Virus record (IMG/VR): IMGVR_UViG_3300027740_000003
Span: 371,005 to 435,004 of that record
DNA length: 64,000 nucleotides
Reading direction: 5' to 3' (one strand)
Source: a virus
Lineage: Duplodnaviria; Caudoviricetes
The notes beneath the pieces are model-generated. The model saw only the letters and a list, made by a program, of their open reading frames with translations, made no database searches and was not told where the DNA came from. The position numbers and the translations under genes were made by a program. Positions 38,936 through 48,115 of the stretch are shown here, one piece after another (position 1 is the first letter of the stretch; each line of letters begins with the position of its first letter).

Positions 38936-39339
38936 CTAACTCTGTATACTTTACTTGTCATGTTGCATTTTTTACAAGAAACTTGTAAAAAAGTATTTCC
39001 AATACGATAATTAGTCCACATATCAGAATTAACCAATACAGCCACTTGTGTCCCAAATAGAAGATTATATCTTTTCTGATTAAAAATATAAAATCTTATG
39101 TCTGTCAAATCTCGGGCATCGTAATGAACTTGTTTATATCTATTAAATGCATTTAATTTCTCTCTTTTTATTAAGAGAGAAGATTTAAAAGGTCTATTCT
39201 CACACAAAACTAATTCCCCGCCGCAAAACTTGCAACGTTCGCGGCACTGGATTAATTTTTTAACAAGATCCGTCCTAAACAAATGTTCATCAATACTTTT
39301 CATTTTCCAAACATATGAACTGATTTGTGCCACCCACAT
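38932..39339 (-). CDS. CxxC...CxxC Zn-binding protein (paralogue 2)
   Basis: RCKFCGGEL...SCKKC; start may be 39303. Confidence 0.65.
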   Translation of the reverse strand: MWVAQISSYVWKMKSIDEHLFRTDLVKKLIQCRERCKFCGGELVLCENRPFKSSLLIKREKLNAFNRYKQVHYDARDLTDIRFYIFNQKRYNLLFGTQVAVLVNSDMWTNYRIGNTFLQVSCKKCNMTSKVYRVR

Positions 39340-39650
39340 CTTTTACAAGATAAAAGAAGCTGTTTACACGTACAGTATTTACTAGAATCAACTGTATAAC
39401 ATATTCTTCTAGTGGTTTTATCAACCAAATCCACAATTTTATCATTTTTCGAATCAGAATAATCTAAAGAAAAATAAACAATACTACTATGAGATTTATA
39501 CATTGTTTTCGTATTATACATTTGTGCAAATCTAAGCTTAAACTTACCTTCTCCATAAGTAGAAGCGTCTATAAATGCCAAGGAGGCGCCACAATTGCCG
39601 CAGCGCCTCCTGTTGGATACAATTTTTCTAAAAAACTCTTGTCTATACAA
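39300..39650 (-). CDS. CxxC...CxxC Zn-binding protein (paralogue 1)
   Basis: RCGNCGASL...SCKRC. Confidence 0.65.
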   Translation of the reverse strand: MYRQEFFRKIVSNRRRCGNCGASLAFIDASTYGEGKFKLRFAQMYNTKTMYKSHSSIVYFSLDYSDSKNDKIVDLVDKTTRRICYTVDSSKYCTCKQLLLSCKRCGWHKSVHMFGK

Positions 39651-39658
39651 GCAGTTTT

Positions 39659-40276
39659 CTATTTGCTTTTGCGGGTTTTTAATGTTTTTTCTCCAACGAT
39701 TTTATCAATTAAACCAAAATCTTTTGCTTCCTCAGCGGAAAAATAAGTTTCTTCTTTCATTAATTTTTTAACTGTTTCCAACGATTGGCCGGTAAAATCA
39801 GATACCATACCTGCCAGCTTAGTATTTAAATTGTTAACCATTGTTGCTTTTTTTACCAAATCGGAAGTTGATTCAACAAATTCTTCAACATTTACATTTT
39901 GAACTTCATGTATTAAAATGTGAGAATTAGGAAAAGCTCTTCTTTCTCCCTTTGCCCCAGCTCCTAAAAGTATAGCTCCACAAGAATAAGCTTTTCCAAT
40001 ACATGTTGTTCTCACTGGCGCTTTAATATAATTCATTGTATCGTATATTGTAAATAGTCCAGAGTGAATTCCTCCACCATTCGTATTTATATACAAATCA
40101 ATTGGATCTGTTTCACTTTTGCTATTTAAAAATAGCAAAGATGCACAAATTATTGTTGCAACCTCAGTATTGATGTCCGTTGCAAGAAATAATATTCTCT
40201 CTTTAACCAGTCTGGAAAAGATATCATATAAAACTTCACCGTCTTTTGTCTTCTCAAATACTAGTGGGTTTATCAT
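39659..40276 (-). CDS. clpP: ClpP-family serine protease
   Basis: DIFSRLVKERILFL, INTNGG, AYSCG (Ser), ILIHE (His), EETYFSAEEAKDFGLID. Confidence 0.93.
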   Translation of the reverse strand: MINPLVFEKTKDGEVLYDIFSRLVKERILFLATDINTEVATIICASLLFLNSKSETDPIDLYINTNGGGIHSGLFTIYDTMNYIKAPVRTTCIGKAYSCGAILLGAGAKGERRAFPNSHILIHEVQNVNVEEFVESTSDLVKKATMVNNLNTKLAGMVSDFTGQSLETVKKLMKEETYFSAEEAKDFGLIDKIVGEKTLKTRKSK

Positions 40277-40280
40277 TTTG

Positions 40281-40637
40281 TTATGCTTTTTTAAATTGTT
40301 TTGCTTTATGTTCTAACTTCTCAGCACAAACAATACAGGTTATTACATCAGGTTTAGCTAAAAGCCGCTTCTCTGCAATATCTTCACCACACTCTTCACA
40401 TTCACCAAATTTGTTATCGTCAATACGCTTTAAAGCTGCTTCAATGCTTCTAAGCTGTTTTAGGAGGCGAATCGACAAATCTTCCTGCATTTTAACTAAT
40501 GTGGCACCGGCAGCAACATCTATCTCGTCTCCATCCACATCATATTCATTTTCATCGTTCTTTGCAAGTTTTTTATTTATCTCTTCCCTCTGCTCAAGAA
40601 AGGATTGTTTTATTTTTTGAAGTTGGTTTTTTCTCAT
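40281..40637 (-). CDS. dksA: DksA/TraR C4 zinc-finger transcription factor
   Basis: Coiled coil with DEIDVA tip; CEECG...RLLAKP...CIVC; start refined to ATG 40637. Confidence 0.9.
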   Translation of the reverse strand: MRKNQLQKIKQSFLEQREEINKKLAKNDENEYDVDGDEIDVAAGATLVKMQEDLSIRLLKQLRSIEAALKRIDDNKFGECEECGEDIAEKRLLAKPDVITCIVCAEKLEHKAKQFKKA

Positions 40638-40743
40638 AGATTTATCCAATTGATCAGTTCTCAAACAATTATATGTGTTCATGCCCAGCCTGGACAAAGA
40701 AGATTCGTTCCTCACAGATCTCGACAGATTGCCACAAAATGCA

Positions 40744-40771
40744 GAAAACCTGCCCTTGAGGGCAGGTTTTC
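40744..40771. terminator. intrinsic terminator hairpin
   Basis: Perfect 12-bp stem GAAAACCTGCCC/GGGCAGGTTTTC with a 4-nt loop. Confidence 0.8.
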
Positions 40772-40790
40772 CATTTATACCAGGTTTTTA

Positions 40791-41345
40791 TTATGCGCCT
40801 TGCATCACAAGGCCATCAAGATCCTTGATGAAAGCTGCACGAGAATTCGGAAGGCTCTTCTTATCTTCCTTCATATGAGTCTTGAAAATGATCCAACAAG
40901 AATCATCGTTGCCCTCAATAAGACGAACCGTCACGTTCCAGTCCTTATACACAGCAGTGCCGTGTCCAGGCTTAAAAACAATTGAGGTAAGATCAATCGA
41001 AGGCCCCACCTCACGCTTTTTCTCCTTGGGAACCAATACTCCAAGGCGAGGATAGAATGGACCCTTTGTACTTACGTCCTCCTCAAGAACACCATTGGTT
41101 TTGGCAAATTCCTTTTTAGCAGCCGCAATAATAACATCACTGGGCTCGAGGGTGCCAGGCTCAGCATCATACTCAGACATTACGATTTCGTCATTAACAA
41201 TGGCAGCACACACAACCTTAACAGGTCGGGGACTCTTCGCACCACCATCCTCTACCTTTCGACGGCCTCGCCCCCGTGCCACTGGTGTTGTTTCAGTTGT
41301 CGTATTGGTTGTCTCAATTGTCGTATCGGTTGTTGAATCAGTCAT
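40791..41345 (-). CDS. hypothetical protein with AT-hook-like RGRGRR
   Basis: Strong SD AAGGAG; Thr-rich N-terminus. Confidence 0.75.
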   Translation of the reverse strand: MTDSTTDTTIETTNTTTETTPVARGRGRRKVEDGGAKSPRPVKVVCAAIVNDEIVMSEYDAEPGTLEPSDVIIAAAKKEFAKTNGVLEEDVSTKGPFYPRLGVLVPKEKKREVGPSIDLTSIVFKPGHGTAVYKDWNVTVRLIEGNDDSCWIIFKTHMKEDKKSLPNSRAAFIKDLDGLVMQGA

Positions 41346-41384
41346 GTTTTATCTCCTTTTAGAAGCTCTCCGCCTCACTCTATG

Positions 41385-41413
41385 AACCTAAGGCCTGATC
41401 CTCCTTCTGTCAA
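41385..41413 (-). promoter_or_regulatory. sigma70-type promoter
   Basis: TTGACA-N17-TAGGTT. Confidence 0.7.
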
Positions 41414-41468
41414 CCTCCACCACCAGCTTTTTCTCGCCAACCCCCATCACTTTGGAGCAACTCCCCTA

Positions 41469-41714
41469 CTACTCCCTATTTTCTCTTTCTAATTTATTTT
41501 TAATCATTTTTATTAATGATATGTTGGATATAAATCTAACTACGCTTTTTCTTACACTAAATATTCCAAAATTGTTTATGTTAAATATTCCGTCTTCAAT
41601 AATCTTTTGTTTTATATGTTTATTTGCTTCACTAATTACATCTTCAATTAATAATTTAGATATTGTTTTTCCTAATTTGTTATAGACTTTGTCTGTAAAA
41701 TCTTTTTTCAACAT
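41469..41714 (-). CDS. HU/IHF-like DNA-binding protein
   Basis: IEDVI...IIEDGIFNINNFGIFSVRK. Confidence 0.7.
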   Translation of the reverse strand: MLKKDFTDKVYNKLGKTISKLLIEDVISEANKHIKQKIIEDGIFNINNFGIFSVRKSVVRFISNISLIKMIKNKLERENRE

Positions 41715-41745
41715 AAAAGAAATGGGCCAGACTTATCTGGCCCAT
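41715..41745 (-). terminator. intrinsic terminator
   Basis: 10-bp stem ATGGGCCAGA/TCTGGCCCAT followed by TTCTTTT. Confidence 0.8.
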
Positions 41746-41764
41746 CGACAATTATCTAATAAAC

Positions 41765-42808
41765 TCAAACTGGGAAAGAAATCCAGGGAACAACAAATCC
41801 TAGACCTTCTCTCTTCAACTTCGCTGAAACAATTTCTTCCAACGTTCCTTCGTCCTTAACAATTTTGTCTCTTAATTGCATTAAGAGTTTGCCAAGATTA
41901 TTTTCTCCATCACCTTGGCGATTAACTCCCCAATACTTATCCTTAGAGTTGCCCATAACCAATTCAGCATCTCCTGTTTCCAGAAGTCTTACCTTCATTT
42001 CAAAGTTCTGGAATTTATCCTCAAGAATTCTTTCCATAATAATATTTTTTCTATTATCCCAGTCTGGGATAATTGGAGATTTTCTTCCTAATGATACCGC
42101 TGTTCTAGCATCCGGAGCATCGATAATAAGTTGCTGCGCATCTTTATCAAATGTTTTATTTGCTTGATAAGCATGTTCAACAGTCTTAAAATTAACAAAG
42201 TGTGAGCAATTTCCACATTGGTCATCGTCATAAAAACATAACGATGACTGCAAACAAAGGAAATCGTTTCTCAGAAATTCGTGATCCCCAGAAAAATCAG
42301 ATATAACCTTGCCTGATTTCGTAGGAGCAACAACTGTATCTGATGTAATTCCTCCAGCAATTCTCCTAAACATTTCAGCATCATCATAATCAAGAATTGT
42401 TGAATATTTATGTGTTTCAACAATTGGCACACCATCATCAGGCTTAACCGGAACTATATCATTCTCGTAATCCTCTTCATCATCATCATCTGAAGTAGGG
42501 GTTGCAGACGGACCACAACCAGAACAACCACAGCAATTATTTGCCTCTCCGCCTTGTTCTTTGGCCTTAGCTTCTCTTTCCGCCTTGGCTCTTTCAAACT
42601 TCAGCATCTGGTCTTGGTTATAAAAAACATCTCCTCTGGCATTATTAGCAACCTCCGAGACAAGAGAATGCAAAACAGACTCAATTTCTCTAGTAGGAAA
42701 CTCCTCCCACTTCTCAAAAAGTTCATTCATGAATGAATGAGACTCCTTATAAAAGGCATCACCTTCTGGGTTTAAAATTTCTCTATTGTCTTCAAATAGT
42801 GTCTTCAC
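41765..42808 (-). CDS. NADAR (YbiA-like) domain protein with long N-terminal extension
   Basis: FKTVEHAYQANK, KFQN...LLETGDAELV, DKYWG...GENNLGKLLMQLRD. Confidence 0.9.
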   Translation of the reverse strand: MKTLFEDNREILNPEGDAFYKESHSFMNELFEKWEEFPTREIESVLHSLVSEVANNARGDVFYNQDQMLKFERAKAEREAKAKEQGGEANNCCGCSGCGPSATPTSDDDDEEDYENDIVPVKPDDGVPIVETHKYSTILDYDDAEMFRRIAGGITSDTVVAPTKSGKVISDFSGDHEFLRNDFLCLQSSLCFYDDDQCGNCSHFVNFKTVEHAYQANKTFDKDAQQLIIDAPDARTAVSLGRKSPIIPDWDNRKNIIMERILEDKFQNFEMKVRLLETGDAELVMGNSKDKYWGVNRQGDGENNLGKLLMQLRDKIVKDEGTLEEIVSAKLKREGLGFVVPWISFPV

Positions 42809-43068
42809 TTTGATTTTCCTTTCATATTTCTAGCAATCTCTTTATCTAACTCATTGGCAAGTTTTCTCAAAATATCTGGAGTCAATGTTGATCCTATCAA
42901 ATTAAAAGAAGCAGTATTCCTATAGCTATTTAATTATAGAGTCTGATTTAAATAAATATTATTATCATCATCGCCATTATCAATAATCTCAGTTGTCAAT
43001 AATAATTGTTCTCCGCCATTATCTTCCGGATTAAAACAAAAAACATGTATTTTCTTAATCTTGTCCAT
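42805..43068 (-). pseudogene. hypothetical gene interrupted by in-frame TAA at 42934-42936
   Basis: ATG 43068 with SD; frame continues after TAA (LNSYRNTASFNLIGSTLTPDILRKLANELD) to a TGA overlapping the NADAR GTG. Confidence 0.7.
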
Positions 43069-43090
43069 CGCTAACCTGCCCCTCAATTCA

Positions 43091-43119
43091 AACCTAACCA
43101 TCCCGCCGTTGTCTGTCAA
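43091..43119 (-). promoter_or_regulatory. sigma70-type promoter
   Basis: TTGACA-N17-TAGGTT; the -35 TGA is the stop of the ligase gene. Confidence 0.7.
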
Positions 43120-43727
43120 GCTAGTTCTTTAAACTTTCTTTCGTCCCCACCACAAAATTCCTTCAATTCATCAAACCAACTCTGCCGCTTCAACTTCACC
43201 ATGAACGGCTGGCCGGTCTTTTTGTCCAAACTACCTTTGCATACAACCCCCTCAGATCCTAATCCTTCTAGAGTTCCGTCTTTAACCGATTGGACAAAAT
43301 CATCTGTTAATGGCCCTTGGTAGAGCACAGGGGCCGTTTTTGAAAACAATTCAACGAACTGCTCCGGGATTAGAAAACCCTTTTTATAAAACGAAATATC
43401 AATAAATGAACACTGGTGCGGTTCCGTGTGATGTTGACCAAATTTAGAATGTTCCCCATGAAATTCAAAAAAGCATATGGCGGAATCTATTTTTGTGGAT
43501 AATAAAATATTATTAATATCTTTTTCTTGTTCTTTGATCAAACCAATGGATTCACCAAGAGGAACATCAGATTCTGAAATAAGTCGCGTTCTTGAACCAA
43601 ACTTGTAGAATCCTCTTTTTCGATTCCATTCTGCTCTAATATTAGAACCATCTATCTTTTGGAAAGCAACTATATGTTTTCCAACATCAGATTGTTGAAA
43701 ATAACGAATTGTTGGATATGATTTCAA
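43116..43727 (-). CDS. RNA-ligase-like covalent nucleotidyltransferase (adenylation domain only)
   Basis: Motif I KIDGSN, FFEFHG, motif IV EGVV, motif V MVKLK. Confidence 0.8.
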   Translation of the reverse strand: MKSYPTIRYFQQSDVGKHIVAFQKIDGSNIRAEWNRKRGFYKFGSRTRLISESDVPLGESIGLIKEQEKDINNILLSTKIDSAICFFEFHGEHSKFGQHHTEPHQCSFIDISFYKKGFLIPEQFVELFSKTAPVLYQGPLTDDFVQSVKDGTLEGLGSEGVVCKGSLDKKTGQPFMVKLKRQSWFDELKEFCGGDERKFKELA

Positions 43728-43728
43728 T

Positions 43729-44025
43729 TTAAATATATCTTTCTATCAAATACACTTCGTCTTTTTCATCATAGCCAACAACTAGAATTGGTTCGCCTTT
43801 TCTAATTTTTCTACGATATGTTTTAGACATCATTGATGTTTTTGCCATAACATGTCTATCATTTAAATAGATTAGACCGCCTTCTTCATCAATAATTGTT
43901 TCAGCAAAAAATCTTTTTCCAATAAAATCACTTGGTTTTATTTTTGGCTCATAATAAAACATTGTTGCATAAACTGCAACAAAAACAACTATACTAACTA
44001 TTATTGGAATAATATATTGAAACAT
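43729..44025 (-). CDS. NfeD-like membrane protein
   Basis: N-terminal TM helix plus OB-like IGK...GLIYL...IRKGEPILVVG. Confidence 0.6.
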   Translation of the reverse strand: MFQYIIPIIVSIVVFVAVYATMFYYEPKIKPSDFIGKRFFAETIIDEEGGLIYLNDRHVMAKTSMMSKTYRRKIRKGEPILVVGYDEKDEVYLIERYI

Positions 44026-44531
44026 TATATATTTATACTAAAATATGTGTTTCGATTATCCCAAGCTGATCCTTTCAGGATAGCTCTAAAGGTGGGAGAC
44101 TTCTTTTCCTCATCCCGCATTAGAACAGATCTTTCGAATAACCATTTAATAGCCAGATATACCGGGGAAGGATCTAGACCGTCGTACCCTACTTTGTCAA
44201 TTAGCTCTCTTGACGTCAAGGGCTTGGAGGAACTTTCCACAACATCAACTATTTCTTTTAATAGTTCTTTATACGAAGGATCATCCTCTGCTTCTTTTAA
44301 TTCATTATTAACAATTGTAGGTTTAATTCTACGACTTCTTTTAACATCTTCATGATTAAAAGCCTTTAATACTTTTTGCAATTTGTCCCGTTCTTCTCTA
44401 AGTTCATATATCTTTTCTAGTTCAGAATCAATTTCGTTGCGTCTTTCTATGGCTTTTTTACACATATCGGCGGGTTTTGTAATACCGCTATCTACACAGC
44501 TTGAAATGAAATCTTCGACAAAATCGGACAT
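44025..44531 (-). CDS. coiled-coil plus winged-helix protein
   Basis: LTSRELIDKV...VYLAIKWLFERSVL. Confidence 0.55.
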   Translation of the reverse strand: MSDFVEDFISSCVDSGITKPADMCKKAIERRNEIDSELEKIYELREERDKLQKVLKAFNHEDVKRSRRIKPTIVNNELKEAEDDPSYKELLKEIVDVVESSSKPLTSRELIDKVGYDGLDPSPVYLAIKWLFERSVLMRDEEKKSPTFRAILKGSAWDNRNTYFSINI

Positions 44532-44586
44532 GCTTCTTCTCCAATGATGGGAGGAAAGGTTGTATTAGACGGAACGGCTCGACAGA

Positions 44587-45087
44587 TTAGCACATATTGA
44601 TAATTTCTTTCAAAGACTCAAATAAATCATCATATTCATCACACGGCTCCCATAACAAACCCAGAGAGCTCATTTTTTCGAAACCGGCAGATCCAATAAG
44701 CATTTCGTACAAACCTTCCTGTTTCCATCCAGCAGGTGTTTTTAACACAAATAAACCATAATCTTCTATTCCATAAATAGCTTTTACTCCATGAATAGGT
44801 CCTTTGTTTACGGCATAAGTGGCCAAGAATTCATGATAATCATTTTGATTATTGCAAAGATCCGTTGCAATAACTTTAACTTGCATACCTTGGTGCTTTA
44901 AAACACCACACCATAAACCAAATTTCTCCGGTGATATATTCCCTAGTTCATCTTCAAACTCTATGTTAATCGTTTTATCTAGAAGAAATTCTTTCGTTGT
45001 TATTCCTGTTTTGCCAAAATTAGGAGGTGGAACCATTCCTAATTTGCCCAAAATCAACTTGCAAAGTTCTTTACGAAGTTCTTTCAT
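44587..45087 (-). CDS. hypothetical protein
   Basis: 166 aa; start coupled to a tail ORF. Confidence 0.7.
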   Translation of the reverse strand: MKELRKELCKLILGKLGMVPPPNFGKTGITTKEFLLDKTINIEFEDELGNISPEKFGLWCGVLKHQGMQVKVIATDLCNNQNDYHEFLATYAVNKGPIHGVKAIYGIEDYGLFVLKTPAGWKQEGLYEMLIGSAGFEKMSSLGLLWEPCDEYDDLFESLKEIINMC

Positions 45088-45581
45088 TCTATTATGTCCC
45101 TTATCATTAAATCATCTTTTGTTAGTTTTATTATTTTTTCATTGTTTTCTTTAATATAACCGGACATAATATAAAAATTATTCACCAAAATAACTCCTTT
45201 ACCAAAATTTTTTAAAAAATAAACACCATCATTTATTCCAACACAATCTGTAAATTTATAATATGCACTCTCGATCTCTACAATGTTTTCATCAAAAACC
45301 CAACTCCATTTCTCATTACACTCAACATACCCTCCATTACTCAAAGCCTTATTAAAATCCAATGATCCTCGGAAAGATCCGTTCATCTCAATATAATTAA
45401 AAATATTTCCTTTAAGATTGGAAGGAAAAATATAAGTCTCTGGACCAGAATCAGGAACATTTGCCGCCGAAACTACAATACAAGTACCGTTTTCTACTGC
45501 GTATACTTTTTGCGAAACATAATGGTCATATAAAATATTATTATTTGCAGGATTTTGATCTTTTAAAAAAATTACCTTCAT
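45084..45581 (-). CDS. MIKDIIE-tail protein (two-part, 165 aa)
   Basis: Ends KLTKDDLMIRDIIE. Confidence 0.85.
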   Translation of the reverse strand: MKVIFLKDQNPANNNILYDHYVSQKVYAVENGTCIVVSAANVPDSGPETYIFPSNLKGNIFNYIEMNGSFRGSLDFNKALSNGGYVECNEKWSWVFDENIVEIESAYYKFTDCVGINDGVYFLKNFGKGVILVNNFYIMSGYIKENNEKIIKLTKDDLMIRDIIE

Positions 45582-45871
45582 TCTATTATATCCTTAATCA
45601 TTAAATCGTCTTCAGTTAATTCTTTTATTTTGCCCGTTTCAATTAAAAAATTAATAATTTCTGGCGGATACGATATTTCCCAACTGCCAAATTTACAATT
45701 ATATACATCAATCCAGTCTTTATGAATGAAAGCATCCGTCCAATAAGATTGATGGACAACTTCAAAAATACCTTTCATTCCATACCAAGGAATCATATTT
45801 CCAACCTTATTTGGAAAAATAAATTTTTCAAAATTAAAATAATATATTTTAGAACCAGGTCTAATTTTCAC
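45578..45871 (-). CDS. MIKDIIE-tail protein
   Basis: Ends ELTEDDLMIKDIIE. Confidence 0.85.
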   Translation of the reverse strand: MKIRPGSKIYYFNFEKFIFPNKVGNMIPWYGMKGIFEVVHQSYWTDAFIHKDWIDVYNCKFGSWEISYPPEIINFLIETGKIKELTEDDLMIKDIIE

Positions 45872-46134
45872 TCTATTATATCCCTTATCATTAAATCATC
45901 TTCAGTTAGTTTTTTTATTTTGCCTTCTTTAATCAAAATGTTAATGACTTCGGGCTCATACCATATTTTCCAGGTACCACGTTTAAAATCATATACATCA
46001 AAATAATCTAGATAATATTTGCTTTTTATAATTTTATAGATGCCTTTAAATCCTCGGCAATAAATATTAGCAAACTCAGTTGGACACCAATGCGTTTCAA
46101 AATTGAAATAATATATTCCAGGCTCAACTTCCAT
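45868..46134 (-). CDS. MIKDIIE-tail protein
   Basis: Ends KLTEDDLMIRDIIE; paralogue of 45578-45871. Confidence 0.85.
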   Translation of the reverse strand: MEVEPGIYYFNFETHWCPTEFANIYCRGFKGIYKIIKSKYYLDYFDVYDFKRGTWKIWYEPEVINILIKEGKIKKLTEDDLMIRDIIE

Positions 46135-46158
46135 TCAACTATATCCCTTTTATTTAAA

Positions 46159-46401
46159 TCATAAAATGATATCAACAATAGTTTTTTCCGCTTCAGATAA
46201 TTCAACTAATTGATATTTGTCTAAATATTTATAAGCTTGACACGGAATAAACCAATCAAAATGTCCATCGCCAACTAACAAATTTTCCAATTCAACAAAT
46301 GTAGAGCTTAAATTAATTTTCACCAACCCATGAGGGAAATTTTTAGAATTATCTTTTCTAAATTTATTATTAGAAATATAATATAAACCCGGTTTTATCA
46401 T
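46159..46401 (-). CDS. MIKDIIE-tail protein (variant)
   Basis: Ends ELSEAEKTIVDIIL. Confidence 0.8.
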   Translation of the reverse strand: MIKPGLYYISNNKFRKDNSKNFPHGLVKINLSSTFVELENLLVGDGHFDWFIPCQAYKYLDKYQLVELSEAEKTIVDIIL

Positions 46402-46646
46402 AGTATTAAATCTCTAATCATCATATCATCATCAGTTAGTTTTTGAAAACTTTTATCATTTAAACCCTTAATAAAATTTTCAAAACTACCAATAAGATTT
46501 ATATTATCTTGTATATCAAGAAAATTATAAATATTTTCATCTTTATCTTTATAATGGAAAGAAACTTTATAAATATGTCCTTCTTTTTGCCACCAATCTG
46601 CATTGGTAATTATGTTTGTTAAAAGATAGTACCCCTCTTCAATCAT
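46398..46646 (-). CDS. MIKDIIE-tail protein (variant)
   Basis: Ends KLTDDDMMIRDLIL. Confidence 0.8.
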   Translation of the reverse strand: MIEEGYYLLTNIITNADWWQKEGHIYKVSFHYKDKDENIYNFLDIQDNINLIGSFENFIKGLNDKSFQKLTDDDMMIRDLIL

Positions 46647-47832
46647 CTTTCTTCACCTTAATGAAAATCCCAAAAGGAGGTTCGCAAACTGGACTATTTG
46701 CTGTTGCTAAAAATATTGTCTGGGATCTCTTTGGTTTATTCGGCCATCTAACTAGCATCATGTCAGAATAAAGAATTATGAGATCCGGATGCATAGTCTC
46801 GGCAAGTTCAAAAGCTTTGCTCATATCAGACCCACCCCGGCCTTTAAACTTAATATCTCTATCCTTTAATGTCTTTTTTATTCGTTTAACCCTAATCACT
46901 TCCTGAACTACTACATCAGACGTAATTACTGTACATTTATCCACTAATGTTCCTAATTTCTCTAAATGTCCACAAACATATTCAAACTCTTCCCTCTGCA
47001 TCGAAGCTGATGTATCTACAATAAATACTAATTTGCCAATTTTACTAGTTTGTTCTGTAGGAACAATTATATCAAATGGAAGATATTTTGGATCTGGTTT
47101 ATATGGATTTCTATCCGTTGTTCCTTTAAGGATCTTTTTAGAAAACCTAAATAATATTCTTTCCCATGGTATTGTAGATTTTTTTAATGTATCTATATAT
47201 TCTTCATACCTACTTGGCAACCTGCCTTTCTTCATACTTTTTGTTCGGGCTGCCGCTTTAATAATAGCATCAATCAGCTGTTGGTTATCTACAGATGATG
47301 ATGGTTGTTCTAAATCATTTCCCCAAATATTATCATCTTGTTGCAATAAATTAACAGCGTCTTCTAATTTAATAACATCAGGAGTTTGCTTTTTAGATTG
47401 TCCAGGTTCTTTTTTATCTAATTCAGAAATAAGAAGTTTGTATATTTGTTCTACTGTTTTATTTGATAATGATTTGTCGTAATATATTCCTGGTGGAGGA
47501 GAATATTGTCCACGGAGATCTGATATAATAATATCATTTACAACATAATCCGAAGCAATTGTCCAGATTTTCTTTTTTCTTCCTTGCATTCGTTTTGGAT
47601 GTTGAAGGGCGACATGAAGCCATTCATGCATTGCTACAAACATCTTTTGTTTAAATGTAAGTTTGGTCCATTTATCCGGATTGCAGAAAAAAGTTGTTCC
47701 ATTTGTTCCTGCCCAAAAATTAAGGTCTTGGCGGAATTCAATTGGCATCATAAGAATTGGATAAGAAAATGGCGAAATTACTGCCAAAGATGACAATACT
47801 CTTCTAATGTCTTTTATTATTTCTTCATGCAT
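46639..47832 (-). CDS. DUF2201-type protein: HExxH metallopeptidase-like domain plus VWA domain
   Basis: HEWLHVALQH, WTIASDYVVN, MIDAS DTSASM, GRGGSD. Confidence 0.88.
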   Translation of the reverse strand: MHEEIIKDIRRVLSSLAVISPFSYPILMMPIEFRQDLNFWAGTNGTTFFCNPDKWTKLTFKQKMFVAMHEWLHVALQHPKRMQGRKKKIWTIASDYVVNDIIISDLRGQYSPPPGIYYDKSLSNKTVEQIYKLLISELDKKEPGQSKKQTPDVIKLEDAVNLLQQDDNIWGNDLEQPSSSVDNQQLIDAIIKAAARTKSMKKGRLPSRYEEYIDTLKKSTIPWERILFRFSKKILKGTTDRNPYKPDPKYLPFDIIVPTEQTSKIGKLVFIVDTSASMQREEFEYVCGHLEKLGTLVDKCTVITSDVVVQEVIRVKRIKKTLKDRDIKFKGRGGSDMSKAFELAETMHPDLIILYSDMMLVRWPNKPKRSQTIFLATANSPVCEPPFGIFIKVKKDD

Positions 47833-47833
47833 G

Positions 47834-48115
47834 TTATTCTATTATATCTTTTATTATAACTTCGTCTTTAGTTAGTTCTCTACATTTGTTTTTAACATAT
47901 AGTTCAAAATCTCTATAAAAAATTTTCCCCAAATTAATATTCTTTCTATTAATATAGAAAATAAATGACGGATTAGGACTATTAGCATTTTTAATATCAA
48001 AATACTCACCAACATCAAAACTCCAAATTTCTCCACTAAATAAAAGAATATCAATTTCCTCCAAAACAACATATGTTGTTTCTTTTATTAAACCTAAGGT
48101 GTGTATGTTCATCAT
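47834..48115 (-). CDS. MIKDIIE-tail protein
   Basis: Ends ELTKDEVIIKDIIE. Confidence 0.85.
   Translation of the reverse strand: MMNIHTLGLIKETTYVVLEEIDILLFSGEIWSFDVGEYFDIKNANSPNPSFIFYINRKNINLGKIFYRDFELYVKNKCRELTKDEVIIKDIIE

Noticed and set aside
41391-41450. Short ORF MGVGEKKLVVEVDRRRIRP after the HU-like gene's TAG TAG
   Set aside because: Only 19 codons, coincides with promoter sequence and lacks support.
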